30,652 nt of DNA from a virus (taxonomy: Duplodnaviria; Heunggongvirae; Uroviricota; Caudoviricetes): positions 1-30,652 of IMG/VR virus record IMGVR_UViG_3300045988_047713; one strand, written 5' to 3'. Each line of letters starts with the position of its first letter. The stretch's first letter is position 1. Shown here one piece after another: positions 17,245 to 26,227 of this stretch. A program made the translations under genes and the position numbers. Below the pieces are notes generated by a model. It was not told the origin of the DNA. It saw nothing but the letters and a program-made list of their open reading frames with translations, and made no database searches.

Positions 17245-17943
17245 ATGTCTGACATGACTTTAGTTCCCACTGGCGGTTTCGGCGGTGAAGCTGGCGCGGC
17301 TGCACTTGGTGGTGGTATCGGCGGTCTTATCGGTTCCTGGTTCGGTAACGGCTGGGGTGGTGCCGGTGGTTGGGGTGGTCGTGGTATTGGTGCTGCTGAA
17401 GGTGTTGTTGTTCAGAACTCTCTGGATACTAACGCTATTCTTCAGGCTATTAATGCGGCTTCACTGGCTAACATTCAGGGTCAGAATGGTACTAACCTGA
17501 CTGTTGAACGCTCAGCAGCTTCTACCTATAACGGTCTGACCCAACAAAACACACAAAACCTGCTGGCAAACGTTCAAGGTTTTGCAGGTCTGAACACGCA
17601 GATTCAACAGGGTACTAACACTGTGACCAATGCGATCTGTGCGTCTGAAACTGCTGCACTGACTCGTTCTTTCCAGGCACAGTTAGCGGCTGAGAAGTGT
17701 TGCTGCGAAACCAACCTGAATATCGAACGTCAGGCAGAAGCAACTCGTGCACTGATCCGTGACCAGTTCGCACAGTCTCAGGCTGTTCTGATTTGTGACC
17801 TGAAATCTCAGATTCAAACCCGTGACTTCCAGTTGTCTCAATTGTCACAAACGTCTCAGTTGGCGTGCAAAATTAACCAGGTCGATCAGCTTATTAACTT
17901 CAAGCTGCCTACTCCGCAAACTCCACCGACTGGCTGCTGCTAA
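17245..17943 (+). CDS. Gly-rich N-terminus / Gln-Asn-Thr-rich / Cys-cluster protein (unknown function)
   Basis: 232 aa; GGFGGEAGAAALGGGIGGLIGSWFGNGWGGAGGWGG glycine-zipper-like N-terminus, internal CCC, C-terminal PTGCC; CAGGAG RBS. Confidence 0.6.
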   Translation: MSDMTLVPTGGFGGEAGAAALGGGIGGLIGSWFGNGWGGAGGWGGRGIGAAEGVVVQNSLDTNAILQAINAASLANIQGQNGTNLTVERSAASTYNGLTQQNTQNLLANVQGFAGLNTQIQQGTNTVTNAICASETAALTRSFQAQLAAEKCCCETNLNIERQAEATRALIRDQFAQSQAVLICDLKSQIQTRDFQLSQLSQTSQLACKINQVDQLINFKLPTPQTPPTGCC

Positions 17944-17954
17944 TTGGTCAACTA

Positions 17955-17978
17955 AGCGCCTCTGTACGGGGCGCTTTA
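17955..17978 (+). terminator. weak terminator/attenuator-like hairpin between the Gly-rich and His-rich genes
   Basis: Stem AGCGCC / GGCGCT with 9-nt loop, followed by only TTT; may give partial termination or transcript stabilisation. Confidence 0.3.
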
Positions 17979-17993
17979 ACAGGAGATAAGAGT

Positions 17994-18353
17994 ATGCATT
18001 ACAAACCGTATTACGTTATCAAAAAAGACGATGATGACGATGAAGAGGAAGATGTAGAAATTCATCACCATCATCATTATCACCACGGGCATCACCCGGA
18101 CACGATGGGAGTATTTCATCATGATAGCTATGCTGGCGAACATGGTTCAGTTATGGCCCATGTTAAAGCACGTATGGATAACCCTCCTTCGACTTGGGCG
18201 TCGTACCACGATAAGCCCGGCGGGATGATGTCCATTGTTGAAATGGAATATCGCGAACTGATGGAAGAAAAAACCGAAGGTTCGACGTCTGGTATTAAAA
18301 AAGAGCTAACAGATCTGGCTGCCGCCTGTATCAACGCGCTTAAAAAGATGTAA
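17994..18353 (+). CDS. acidic His-rich protein (DDDDDEEED followed by HHHHHYHHGHH)
   Basis: 119 aa; AGGAG RBS; strongly biased composition read directly from the translation. Confidence 0.55.
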   Translation: MHYKPYYVIKKDDDDDEEEDVEIHHHHHYHHGHHPDTMGVFHHDSYAGEHGSVMAHVKARMDNPPSTWASYHDKPGGMMSIVEMEYRELMEEKTEGSTSGIKKELTDLAAACINALKKM

Positions 18354-18369
18354 CTAACAGGAAACCGAC

Positions 18370-18873
18370 ATGCAGAATATTAACGCAGGTATGGGTGTCA
18401 CCCAGTTTAACGGTATGAAACCGCGAAGCACTATTAACATTGGTGGTGTGGAGTGGTCGTTACGTCGGGATGCCACTGACTCAACAACAATGTTTCCTCA
18501 TCCGAAGGTAAGCTGGCTTAACGCTGGTTGTGAACCGATGGGTGATGGTCGTTTTCATTACTGTTGGATTTTGGGTGTGATTCCCCCGACACCGGGGACA
18601 ATCGAACGACCTGTTAATGTGATGTATGTTGGTTTCCATCAATTTAAAATTAATATCGCACCTAATTCAATTAGTCAGGCTGATTTAGACAGGATGCATG
18701 TTTATGTCAGCGATACTTCTCATTTTGCTGGTGAATTTGTCAGTAAGTTTTTAGGTACAGAACCTGAACCTGTGGAAACCCGTGAAAATATCAGTCCGTG
18801 GCCCCCGATGAATGATCCTCGTGAGCAACCAAAAGTAGCAAAAAATAAGGTAAACGAAGATGACGAAGAATGA
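18370..18873 (+). CDS. hypothetical protein (167 aa)
   Basis: AGGAA RBS; acidic C-terminus. Confidence 0.5.
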   Translation: MQNINAGMGVTQFNGMKPRSTINIGGVEWSLRRDATDSTTMFPHPKVSWLNAGCEPMGDGRFHYCWILGVIPPTPGTIERPVNVMYVGFHQFKINIAPNSISQADLDRMHVYVSDTSHFAGEFVSKFLGTEPEPVETRENISPWPPMNDPREQPKVAKNKVNEDDEE

Positions 18874-19114
18874 AGGGGTAGACAAAGTAATCGAAAGTCT
18901 GGGGTTACGCGCACACGTAATCGTAGACGAAGGTCACAGTCAAGAAGCGATCATGAAGTCGGCATTTAACGATTTTAAAGCGTTGGGTTCAATGAGTGGG
19001 ATCATGGCAGTGATGACTACCGGGAAATTGAGCCAGCAACAGTTAGACCTGGCGCAACGTATCGCTGTGAAAGTAATTGCCGTTTTAGGTCTTAAAGAGT
19101 CAGAAAAAGCGTAA
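18860..19114 (+). CDS. hypothetical protein (84 aa)
   Basis: ORF overlapping the upstream stop by 14 nt. Confidence 0.45.
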   Translation: MTKNEGVDKVIESLGLRAHVIVDEGHSQEAIMKSAFNDFKALGSMSGIMAVMTTGKLSQQQLDLAQRIAVKVIAVLGLKESEKA

Positions 19115-19128
19115 AAAAGGAGGTTGCT

Positions 19129-19293
19129 ATGTGTTGTAGAACATCGTGTTGTCTGGGAAGTCCTGCTACGCAATTTGGTCTTCTTCAATCACAGATTGCA
19201 CATACTCAGGCCGTTTTCAGAGGGTTTACCAGTCCGTTCATAGTACCATTACAGTTTTCCGCGTTCACGTTTAGGCCTTTTGTATTTTACTGA
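19129..19293 (+). CDS. small Cys-rich / Phe-rich peptide (54 aa)
   Basis: Perfect AAGGAGG RBS 5 nt upstream of the ATG; MCCRTSCCLGSP...FTFRPFVFY; ends just before the terminator. Not in ORF track. Confidence 0.4.
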   Translation: MCCRTSCCLGSPATQFGLLQSQIAHTQAVFRGFTSPFIVPLQFSAFTFRPFVFY

Positions 19294-19301
19294 TCGACTT
19301 T

Positions 19302-19327
19302 GCCCCGGAACTGTCCGGGGCTTTTTT
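19302..19327 (+). terminator. rho-independent terminator
   Basis: GCCCCGG-AACTGT-CCGGGGC followed by TTTTTT. Confidence 0.75.
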
Positions 19328-19602
19328 CAACGTCTGAAAGATGAAAGAACAGCGAGGCTAACAGAACCTAAACCGAATATGACGGCGTATGTTAACTGAT
19401 GTTGAAGTTTCACAAAACCGTAATAATCGCTTTGTAATTCCACGATATCAAAAGCAATTGAAAAACTGGTTACCAGCAACATGATTGAAAGAACACGAAT
19501 CAGAGCAACTGCTAATCCTATCACCCCTTGTTCTTTTTTCTCAGTTGTAATAACGACAACAATCATTAACAGAAGTGAAAAAGCAATGTACATGTATTCC
19601 AT
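19327..19602 (-). CDS. membrane protein (91 aa, about 3 TM helices)
   Basis: Hydrophobic segments throughout; ORF track. Confidence 0.55.
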   Translation of the reverse strand: MEYMYIAFSLLLMIVVVITTEKKEQGVIGLAVALIRVLSIMLLVTSFSIAFDIVELQSDYYGFVKLQHQLTYAVIFGLGSVSLAVLSSFRR

Positions 19603-19607
19603 AATGA

Positions 19608-19769
19608 TTAGTCCCGATAAACTTCAGTACACCCATAAACTTTACCAGGGTTGTAAGCCTGTTCAGCTTGTAAAGCACCCTGACACTGTTCGAACGTCAT
19701 GATACGTTCTGTCACAGGTTCAATAGTCACACCATGCAGAACAAGCACCAGTACATAACCAATTAACAT
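19608..19769 (-). CDS. small protein with N-terminal hydrophobic segment (53 aa)
   Basis: ATG 19769 overlapping the upstream stop; MLIGYVLVLVLHG... Not in ORF track. Confidence 0.3.
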   Translation of the reverse strand: MLIGYVLVLVLHGVTIEPVTERIMTFEQCQGALQAEQAYNPGKVYGCTEVYRD

Positions 19770-20098
19770 TTTCTTAGAGTCTCCCGCCAGTTCAGCCCGT
19801 GTAGGTTTACAGTTGCAAGCCTCACTTTTGGGATACCGTAACGACGATTATCCCAAAATTCATCACAGAGTTCTGGTTCACTAAAATACCCGTAAACACC
19901 CCCGTAACTATCCGTGGCTATATAGTCAATATCTTCAGGAACAGTTAAAGACAAACCAAAATAATTGACAGTTTTATAACAGTTAACATTAAACAGCGTC
20001 ATTTTACAATCTGGTGCTTCTTCGTGAATATCCCACGATTTACCACAATGCGAACATTGATATTCATCATTACAACGAATAGCGTTTACATGGTTCAT
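19763..20098 (-). CDS. hypothetical Cys-containing protein (111 aa)
   Basis: ORF track; CSHCGKS...C. Confidence 0.5.
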   Translation of the reverse strand: MNHVNAIRCNDEYQCSHCGKSWDIHEEAPDCKMTLFNVNCYKTVNYFGLSLTVPEDIDYIATDSYGGVYGYFSEPELCDEFWDNRRYGIPKVRLATVNLHGLNWRETLRKC

Positions 20099-20115
20099 GA
20101 TTGTTCTCCTGTTAT

Positions 20116-20316
20116 TCAGTTGACTAAGTAATAAATGTTATCACGGGCCAATTCATCAGCGTCTTCCTGACATTCGATTAAGGTGTTATCGTCATGCCAT
20201 TCTTTAGCACATTCACGCGCTTGTTTACGACGTTTTTTCTTACTGTTACGAAGGTCTAAAAATATTTTTAATTCTTTATCATAAGCTCTTACCATACGTT
20301 TCATTGTACTTTTCAT
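20116..20316 (-). CDS. hypothetical protein (66 aa)
   Basis: ORF track; ATGA coupling upstream. Confidence 0.45.
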   Translation of the reverse strand: MKSTMKRMVRAYDKELKIFLDLRNSKKKRRKQARECAKEWHDDNTLIECQEDADELARDNIYYLVN

Positions 20317-20600
20317 GATTGTTCTCCGATTGCTTTAGCAACAATAGTTTTCATTTTCATATAAATTTCATATTCAGAATTACGTTTTGCGATAGCTAAT
20401 TGTAAAACTTTTAACAGTTCCGGCGCTGCAGCGATTAATCGTGCGTTTGCTAATTGTTCTGTTTTGTCACCGTTATAAGTTGGTGTATATGCAATCTCAA
20501 CACCTGAGTCTGAAACAATATCGGGAGTATTATCATCATTGATAATAACTTTCCACGAACCTTTTGTACCTTTAAACTGGTTCATAATTATTACCCTCAT
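20313..20600 (-). CDS. hypothetical protein (95 aa)
   Basis: ORF track; coupled. Confidence 0.45.
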   Translation of the reverse strand: MRVIIMNQFKGTKGSWKVIINDDNTPDIVSDSGVEIAYTPTYNGDKTEQLANARLIAAAPELLKVLQLAIAKRNSEYEIYMKMKTIVAKAIGEQS

Positions 20601-20893
20601 TTATAATAAAGTTCTTTTTCAAGCCTGATGATTTCTTCTTTCAACCACGAAAGTTCTAAAAGAGTTTGTTTACCCCACGCCATCACTTCGGCATACCGTT
20701 TACACTCATAACTGTGTTTTTTACGCTCGTAACAGGTAAGCTGTCGTTGACAACGCGTGCTATTTAAAAGGTGAAACCTTATGTTTACACTAACGCGGTT
20801 TTCAATTAAATCATCATTTATACAATCGTTTACGTTGCGCCAGTCTTGTCGCATTTTAGCTAGTGCAACAAGTTTTTCAGCCCGTGTGGTCAT
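20597..20893 (-). CDS. hypothetical protein (98 aa)
   Basis: ORF track; coupled. Confidence 0.45.
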   Translation of the reverse strand: MTTRAEKLVALAKMRQDWRNVNDCINDDLIENRVSVNIRFHLLNSTRCQRQLTCYERKKHSYECKRYAEVMAWGKQTLLELSWLKEEIIRLEKELYYK

Positions 20894-21201
20894 TTAACTG
20901 TTTCCGGTACAAACCACATTGACGCGAGATACGCACACCCGGCAATTTTATGTTCGTGTTTAGGTTCGAAACTACCAAGAATTACATTGATGTGTGCATG
21001 GGCCTGTTTAAAGTTCACACCGTTAACAGCAACTGCGTATTCTTTCAGACCATTGAAAAACCATTTGCTGACCCACTGATTCCACGGGTTAGAATTTTCA
21101 AAAAATTCTTTCGGAATACTACCCATCGCCGGGAGAAATTCAGCAATGTTTTTAGGTCCAAAAGCAATATCCAGTTGTGTAATATTTTCATTCGGTTTCA
21201 T
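20890..21201 (-). CDS. hypothetical protein (103 aa)
   Basis: ATG 21201 with AAGGA RBS preferred over ATG 21210. Confidence 0.5.
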   Translation of the reverse strand: MKPNENITQLDIAFGPKNIAEFLPAMGSIPKEFFENSNPWNQWVSKWFFNGLKEYAVAVNGVNFKQAHAHINVILGSFEPKHEHKIAGCAYLASMWFVPETVK

Positions 21202-21232
21202 AGTTATCATCCTTCATTCATTTGATGACTAA

Positions 21233-21276
21233 AGCATAATCGCACGTTTGCAATCCGTCAAGAATTATTTTAACAC
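21233..21276 (-). promoter_or_regulatory. conserved sigma70-type promoter, copy 7 (minus strand)
   Basis: -35 TTGACG (21261-21256), 17-bp spacer, -10 TATGCT (21238-21233), UP element. Confidence 0.55.
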
Positions 21277-21295
21277 CGTGCAAAAAAACCATCAC

Positions 21296-21304
21296 TGATA
21301 TAAC
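21296..21304 (+). promoter_or_regulatory. candidate extended -10 promoter for the portal gene
   Basis: TG-A-TATAAC (TG 21296-21297, hexamer 21299-21304), about 40 nt upstream of ATG 21344; near-identical to TGATATAAT upstream of the MuF-like gene. Confidence 0.3.
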
Positions 21305-21343
21305 ATACGTTAAGAACCGTAAACCGTATGGAGCCTGTAAAAC

Positions 21344-22699
21344 ATGGCTGATCAACAATTCGAACAACTAGCCGTTGCCGGGTACAGTCGAACAGGCAAC
21401 CAGGTAAACGACGATTTCCTTCCTAAACTGAACGGTAAACAAGGCCGTCGTATTCTTCGTCAGATGGCTGAGAACGACGAAACGATCGGTGGTGTACTGT
21501 TTGCCATGAGTAGCGTTTATCGTTCTGTACAGTGGATTTTTGACCCGTCTGACAAAGATGATCCAGAAGCTATTCGTTATTCAGAATGGCTGCAGGACGC
21601 TATTGAAAATAAAATGGGTGATCCGCGTGGTGCACTCCCGGATGATACCTGGTCTGCGTTCGTTCAGACATGGACAGACGTTGATGTATTCGGCTGGGGT
21701 TGGTATGACATTTGGGTGAAAGACCTTGATGACGGTACAGTGGGTATTGCCCGTCTGGTTCCTGTAGCACCTGAAACGCTTGCTGGTTGGGATATTGAAG
21801 AACCGACAGGTTATGTTCGTGGTATTTATCAACGTTCACCTAACCAGGGTACAACGACGTTAATCACGCGTGACCGTTCGCTTCATTTGATTTCAAGTCC
21901 GAATAAAGGTAACCCGGAAGGTTTATCACTACTGCGCACAGCTTATCGCCCGTGGTACTACAAAAAAGTGAATATGGAAATCGAATCCATACTTGCCGAA
22001 CGTGGTACAGGGTTCCCGGTAATTACTGTTAACGCAGATATTAAGAAAGCGGCTAATGACCCCAACGTTCCTGAACAACAGCGTCAGGCAGCACAGGCGA
22101 TGATTGATAACTATGAAAACATCGTCGCTAATATCAAACGCAATGAACAATCAGGGCTGGTGATTTATTCTAAACCGTATATCACGGGTTATGATAACGA
22201 AACAGGTGTTACTACGTATGGTGGTGAACAACAGGTGAAACTGGAATTCGTTACACCTAACCAGACCAGTTCTGTGGATATTGACCGGACGATTAAACGC
22301 CTGGATACCAGTATTGCCCGTGCGTTACTGGCTGATTTCATGTTTTTCGGAACGGGTGGTAATACCGGGAATAATGCTAACCTGGGTAGTCGTACTGAAC
22401 TATGGATCCGCGCAATGCAATCACGTATTGACAGCATTGTAGAATGTGTTAATCGTCAGTTAATACCACAATTATGGTCATTAAACGCATTTCCTGATGA
22501 ATACCGCCCGTCGATTCGCGCCGGGTCAATCAGTAAAGACAGCATCGAGACGTTGACCACTGCACTTGCACGACTTGCACAAGCTGGTGCGCCTGTATTC
22601 CCGGATCCAGACCTTCAGGAATACGTATATAAAGAGGCGGGTCTACCTATTACGGGGATTGATAAAGCAGGGGACGGATTACCGTCTATTGACGACTGA
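21344..22699 (+). CDS. putative portal protein
   Basis: 451 aa; position between TerL and the MuF-like head morphogenesis gene and size typical of portals; no diagnostic motif recalled. Confidence 0.5.
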   Translation: MADQQFEQLAVAGYSRTGNQVNDDFLPKLNGKQGRRILRQMAENDETIGGVLFAMSSVYRSVQWIFDPSDKDDPEAIRYSEWLQDAIENKMGDPRGALPDDTWSAFVQTWTDVDVFGWGWYDIWVKDLDDGTVGIARLVPVAPETLAGWDIEEPTGYVRGIYQRSPNQGTTTLITRDRSLHLISSPNKGNPEGLSLLRTAYRPWYYKKVNMEIESILAERGTGFPVITVNADIKKAANDPNVPEQQRQAAQAMIDNYENIVANIKRNEQSGLVIYSKPYITGYDNETGVTTYGGEQQVKLEFVTPNQTSSVDIDRTIKRLDTSIARALLADFMFFGTGGNTGNNANLGSRTELWIRAMQSRIDSIVECVNRQLIPQLWSLNAFPDEYRPSIRAGSISKDSIETLTTALARLAQAGAPVFPDPDLQEYVYKEAGLPITGIDKAGDGLPSIDD

Positions 22700-22705
22700 A
22701 TGAAA

Positions 22706-22733
22706 AAGGGACCGTTACTGGTCCCTTAATTTT
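22706..22733. terminator. bidirectional rho-independent terminator
   Basis: AAGGGACC-GTTACT-GGTCCCTT flanked by A-run upstream and T-run downstream; between convergent genes. Confidence 0.7.
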
Positions 22734-23065
22734 TACTTAGTTTCAGGCTGCACGATTGACAGTAATTTACTCGCTTCATCAACCGCAGTCTGAATACGAG
22801 TCTGTAACGGATAACTGTTGTTGATCGCACGTTCCAGCGTTTTATCAAGCAGTTGCAGTTTGACTTCGTCATCGCCAGTGAACGCGTACATATCAGCAAC
22901 GACTTCCTTAAACTGTGATGCTTGCTCAACAATAGTCGTGGTTACAATGTATTTCCAAACTTTGTTTAACAGTTTAAATTTCACTTCGTTGTCAGCAACT
23001 GCATCAACCAGAATTTCAGCAGCAGTCTTGTCATATTTAACAAGCTCAAGAATTTCAAAACGCAT
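22733..23065 (-). CDS. hypothetical protein (110 aa)
   Basis: ORF track. Confidence 0.5.
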   Translation of the reverse strand: MRFEILELVKYDKTAAEILVDAVADNEVKFKLLNKVWKYIVTTTIVEQASQFKEVVADMYAFTGDDEVKLQLLDKTLERAINNSYPLQTRIQTAVDEASKLLSIVQPETK

Positions 23066-23080
23066 TTAAGTCTTCTCCTG

Positions 23081-23425
23081 TCAGTTAACATACTTCGCGA
23101 TCAGTTTATCACAGTCCTCGCGACAGGTAGCATACTTAAACAGGTCACTAGCTGCTTCTGCCCGGTAGTCAGTATCAATGGTGTAATGTTCATTGACATA
23201 ATTATAGGCTGCAAGGTAGTTGCTGAACATCCCTGTAGTTACCACTTTCGGTTGTTCCCTTACGACCTTACCGTTAAACAGATATGCGATTAGCAGAATC
23301 AGACCACCGATCACAGGACTTGTGAGAAATGCGATAAAGAACCATACACCAGGGTTACGACCTGTTTGTTTGGCAACACCCGCGACAACCAGAGAGAAAA
23401 GAATCCATAAGATAGTGAATAACAT
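23081..23425 (-). CDS. membrane protein (114 aa, two N-terminal TM helices)
   Basis: Perfect AAGGAGG RBS; MLFTILWILFSLVVAGV and WFFIAFLTSPVIGGLILLIAYLF. Confidence 0.55.
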   Translation of the reverse strand: MLFTILWILFSLVVAGVAKQTGRNPGVWFFIAFLTSPVIGGLILLIAYLFNGKVVREQPKVVTTGMFSNYLAAYNYVNEHYTIDTDYRAEAASDLFKYATCREDCDKLIAKYVN

Positions 23426-23455
23426 GATTGTGTCCTCCTTTGTTTTGATGTTTGT

Positions 23456-23499
23456 AGGTTACACGTCCTTGTGTAATCCGTCAAGAATTATTTTAAATT
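23456..23499 (-). promoter_or_regulatory. conserved sigma70-type promoter, copy 8 (minus strand)
   Basis: -35 TTGACG (23484-23479), 17-bp spacer, -10 TAACCT (23461-23456), UP element. Confidence 0.5.
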
Positions 23500-23736
23500 A
23501 TCGTAGACAGGCGGTAACCCCATTGCGGCCTGTACAGACCGTTTTTCGTATTCCTCCCGAAGTTTCTGAAGTCGTTCAATACCGATGTCACAACCACGCA
23601 TAATATCAGCGCACAGGTCGTTGTAGGTCGCTTCAGATTGCTTGCTGTGTGGGTAATCAACACAGGATGGATCTGTAATAATGACTTTCGGCAGATACGC
23701 GACAGTATCGCCCATTGCGTTTTTAAATATCGTCAT
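23488..23736 (-). CDS. hypothetical protein (82 aa)
   Basis: Internal ATG 23736 chosen; the track ORF start at 23847 would overlap the upstream gene by 110 nt. Confidence 0.45.
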   Translation of the reverse strand: MTIFKNAMGDTVAYLPKVIITDPSCVDYPHSKQSEATYNDLCADIMRGCDIGIERLQKLREEYEKRSVQAAMGLPPVYDNLK

Positions 23737-23737
23737 T

Positions 23738-24202
23738 TTAGCACCGGTGATTAAGTTCCTGACCTGGTTGAACACGAGTACCACAACATTTACAAACATA
23801 GCGCCACTCAAAACCGGGTTGTGCTGCATAGTTACGGTAACCAGCATCGTAAAGTTGCTCTATCGCGTGAATAACAGATGTATTGTTATAGTTAGTAACC
23901 GAATTTCTCATTTCATCAATAACCTTTTCACGTTCTTTCGGAATAGGTCTGAAGTTTTCCGCGTTACCTACAATAAACGATTGTGTACCGTCATCAGGCT
24001 TTAACCATGTATCATCACCATGATGACCTAATACCGTCACCTTTACCCAATCGTGATCAACGCTTGCTAACCACTCGCATACTGTACCGACAGGTGGTAA
24101 ACCTTCACCATCCCATTGTTGTTTTTCATTCACACAGTCAGGACAAATACCATGTTTTTGGTCACTGTTATCACGCATGTGTTTTTCACAAAAACTTTTC
24201 AT
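23738..24202 (-). CDS. Cys-rich protein (154 aa) with WDG..LPPVG domain
   Basis: CPDC...C near the N-terminus and CKCCGTRVQPGQELNHRC at the C-terminus; domain shared with the ORF at 27551-27781. Confidence 0.5.
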   Translation of the reverse strand: MKSFCEKHMRDNSDQKHGICPDCVNEKQQWDGEGLPPVGTVCEWLASVDHDWVKVTVLGHHGDDTWLKPDDGTQSFIVGNAENFRPIPKEREKVIDEMRNSVTNYNNTSVIHAIEQLYDAGYRNYAAQPGFEWRYVCKCCGTRVQPGQELNHRC

Positions 24203-24528
24203 AAATACGACCCCACAATTGCTGCACAGTTGACGATCGCTAAACGCGTTGCTTTTTCACGGTCTTCTCCGTGGTTAACTGGTTGCTTATAACTAACACC
24301 AGTGTCAGGGTTATTAACAGTCACTTCGTTGTCACGAACATCCAGATCCATGTACATGTTAACCATCAGACTGAAAGCATCCTCATTACGTGTAAGAGGG
24401 TTCCACAGGCGACCAATACCTATATCAATACCTTCGTTTATGTAACGTTCGTCGTACGCGACGTAATATTTACCCTGGATTTCAGCAGCCCGTGCTGCGT
24501 TGACTAATAAATCACGATTGTTCATCAT
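24199..24528 (-). CDS. hypothetical protein (109 aa)
   Basis: ORF track; coupled. Confidence 0.5.
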   Translation of the reverse strand: MMNNRDLLVNAARAAEIQGKYYVAYDERYINEGIDIGIGRLWNPLTRNEDAFSLMVNMYMDLDVRDNEVTVNNPDTGVSYKQPVNHGEDREKATRLAIVNCAAIVGSYL

Positions 24529-25028
24529 ACCCGTCCTGTTGATCCAAACCCGCCATTACGCTGACTATCAACATCTGGTAATTCTTCCACTTCAACCAGA
24601 TTAACAGGTTCAACACGTTCAACCATAAGCTGACAAACGCGTTCACCGTCTGCGATAGTCTGTAATTTCTGCCCGTGGTTAGTCAGCGTAACGTAGTATT
24701 CTTCTTTATAATCACGATCACCGATACCCACACAGTTGATCAGTGACAAACCATTTTTAAGACTCATGCCGGAACGCGGGTAGAATTTAATGCAATATCC
24801 GTTATCAACTGACATTTTCAGACCAGTGGGGATCATAGCGCGGTCGCCGGGCCATAATGCGATTGTTCCTGCAACAACCGGACGTTCCACTTTAGCGCCT
24901 GATTCTGTGAATATGGTTACCGATTCTTCCCACAGACAAGCACGAACGTCTAACCCTGCGCTGTCTGGTGTTGCACGTGTCGGAAGTTCAGCGTGGGGTG
25001 TTAGTTTTTTGATATACAGGTTAGTCAT
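24525..25028 (-). CDS. dut: dUTP diphosphatase (trimeric dUTPase)
   Basis: 167 aa; motifs AGLDV, YPRSGMS, GIGDRDY, C-terminal GGFGSTGR. Confidence 0.8.
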   Translation of the reverse strand: MTNLYIKKLTPHAELPTRATPDSAGLDVRACLWEESVTIFTESGAKVERPVVAGTIALWPGDRAMIPTGLKMSVDNGYCIKFYPRSGMSLKNGLSLINCVGIGDRDYKEEYYVTLTNHGQKLQTIADGERVCQLMVERVEPVNLVEVEELPDVDSQRNGGFGSTGRV

Positions 25029-25189
25029 TGTTTAATTCCTCTTGTTTTACTAGTAAAAAAATCAATTTCAAGAGAACCTTGTCGATCTAAAATCTCGGTG
25101 TATTTACGGACACGAATTGGTAAAAGTTCACCACTATCAATCAGATCCGCGATTTCTCGCAATTGTTTGGCAACATCTTCATTAGTCAT
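25025..25189 (-). CDS. small hypothetical protein (54 aa)
   Basis: ATG 25189 with GAGGA RBS; stop overlaps the dUTPase ATG. Not in ORF track. Confidence 0.35.
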   Translation of the reverse strand: MTNEDVAKQLREIADLIDSGELLPIRVRKYTEILDRQGSLEIDFFTSKTRGIKQ

Positions 25190-25223
25190 TGTTTGATTCC
25201 TCAGTGTGTTTCGTTCGTGACAA

Positions 25224-25268
25224 ATGTTAGTGTGATCGCTTGCAATGTGTCAAGAATTATTTTAAACT
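25224..25268 (-). promoter_or_regulatory. conserved sigma70-type promoter, copy 9 (minus strand); possible divergent partner for the gene at 25297
   Basis: -35 TTGACA (25253-25248), 18-bp spacer, -10 TAACAT (25229-25224). Plus strand: TTGCAA (25240-25245), 17 bp, TAAACT (25263-25268), about 30 nt upstream of ATG 25297. Confidence 0.5.
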
Positions 25269-25296
25269 TCTGTCAACGTTAACCAATGAGGAATAA

Positions 25297-26055
25297 ATGA
25301 TGTTTGAACATCCGTGGAACATACCTGCATATGATGCTGAAAGTGAAAAACAATCACTTGACTATCAAATGAAAACACAACAAGTAGACTGGAGTGAAGC
25401 GCCAGACTGGGCTACATGTGTTGTTCTTAATAAGACAACAAACACTTTTGCATGGTCTGATGGTTCAATGTACGCACCAATTTTAAGAAATCCGCCACAA
25501 ATTATGGAGAATGCTGATGACTTTGAAATCTTTGAAAAACGCCCTTGTGGTCCAGCAACACCTGTCAAAACAAAACTGTTAATGACACCGAAAGCCCGTG
25601 GTAATACTTACGAAGAATTCATTGCGACCGGGTGGAATGACGACCAGTTAGTCGAACATGGTTATGCTGTTCGTATTACAGACAAACGTTCCTGGTCACC
25701 AATGACCGTCGGAACTGAAACAATTACACCACCGTCAAACTGTCGGTGCACATTCACACCCGTTCAACAACCATCAACAGCGTCTGATTTACTGAAACAG
25801 GCTGAACAGCTACTGACAGAACGTGGTAAGCAGTATGACACGTCTAGTCAGGAACGTTCGTCAGCTAAAATAGTTGCTGCGTTTAACACAATTACCGGGC
25901 GCGATTTAACACCAGGTGAAGGATGGTTGTTCCTGATGTTGTTAAAAGCGGTTCGTTTCTATTCCAACACTGAAACACCACATCGTGACAGTCTGGAAGA
26001 CCTGATCAGCTATGCTGCATTACACGCAGAGGAATATCTTAACAATGAACGGTGA
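25297..26055 (+). CDS. hypothetical protein (252 aa)
   Basis: GAGGA RBS; no confidently recognised domain. Confidence 0.5.
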   Translation: MMFEHPWNIPAYDAESEKQSLDYQMKTQQVDWSEAPDWATCVVLNKTTNTFAWSDGSMYAPILRNPPQIMENADDFEIFEKRPCGPATPVKTKLLMTPKARGNTYEEFIATGWNDDQLVEHGYAVRITDKRSWSPMTVGTETITPPSNCRCTFTPVQQPSTASDLLKQAEQLLTERGKQYDTSSQERSSAKIVAAFNTITGRDLTPGEGWLFLMLLKAVRFYSNTETPHRDSLEDLISYAALHAEEYLNNER

Positions 26056-26227
26056 ACAAGCATTCGACCTTCTGGTTAAATACGACATTATTGTTATTCA
26101 CTGTGACCGTGAACAAATCGTTTTCACGGACGATCTTTGTTATGAAGAACCTTATGACGGTGATAAACGGTCTGCCACGATTCGGTTAATCGAACGTGTG
26201 GCACGTGACAGAGGGGAACTATTATAA
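26045..26227 (+). CDS. hypothetical protein (60 aa)
   Basis: ATG 26045 overlapping the upstream stop; the track ORF starts at an upstream in-frame codon. Confidence 0.4.
   Translation: MNGEQAFDLLVKYDIIVIHCDREQIVFTDDLCYEEPYDGDKRSATIRLIERVARDRGELL

Noticed and set aside
17285-17848. Alternative-frame ORFs inside the Gly-rich gene (17285-17500 plus strand, 17615-17848 minus strand)
   Set aside because: Artefacts of low-complexity GGT/GGC-rich sequence; the in-frame 232-aa ORF has the RBS and promoter.
19327-19769. Holin/spanin lysis cassette (membrane protein 19327-19602 plus small N-terminally hydrophobic ORF)
   Set aside because: No endolysin-like gene (lysozyme, amidase or peptidase motifs) is adjacent and no lipobox is present in the small ORF; left as generic membrane proteins.
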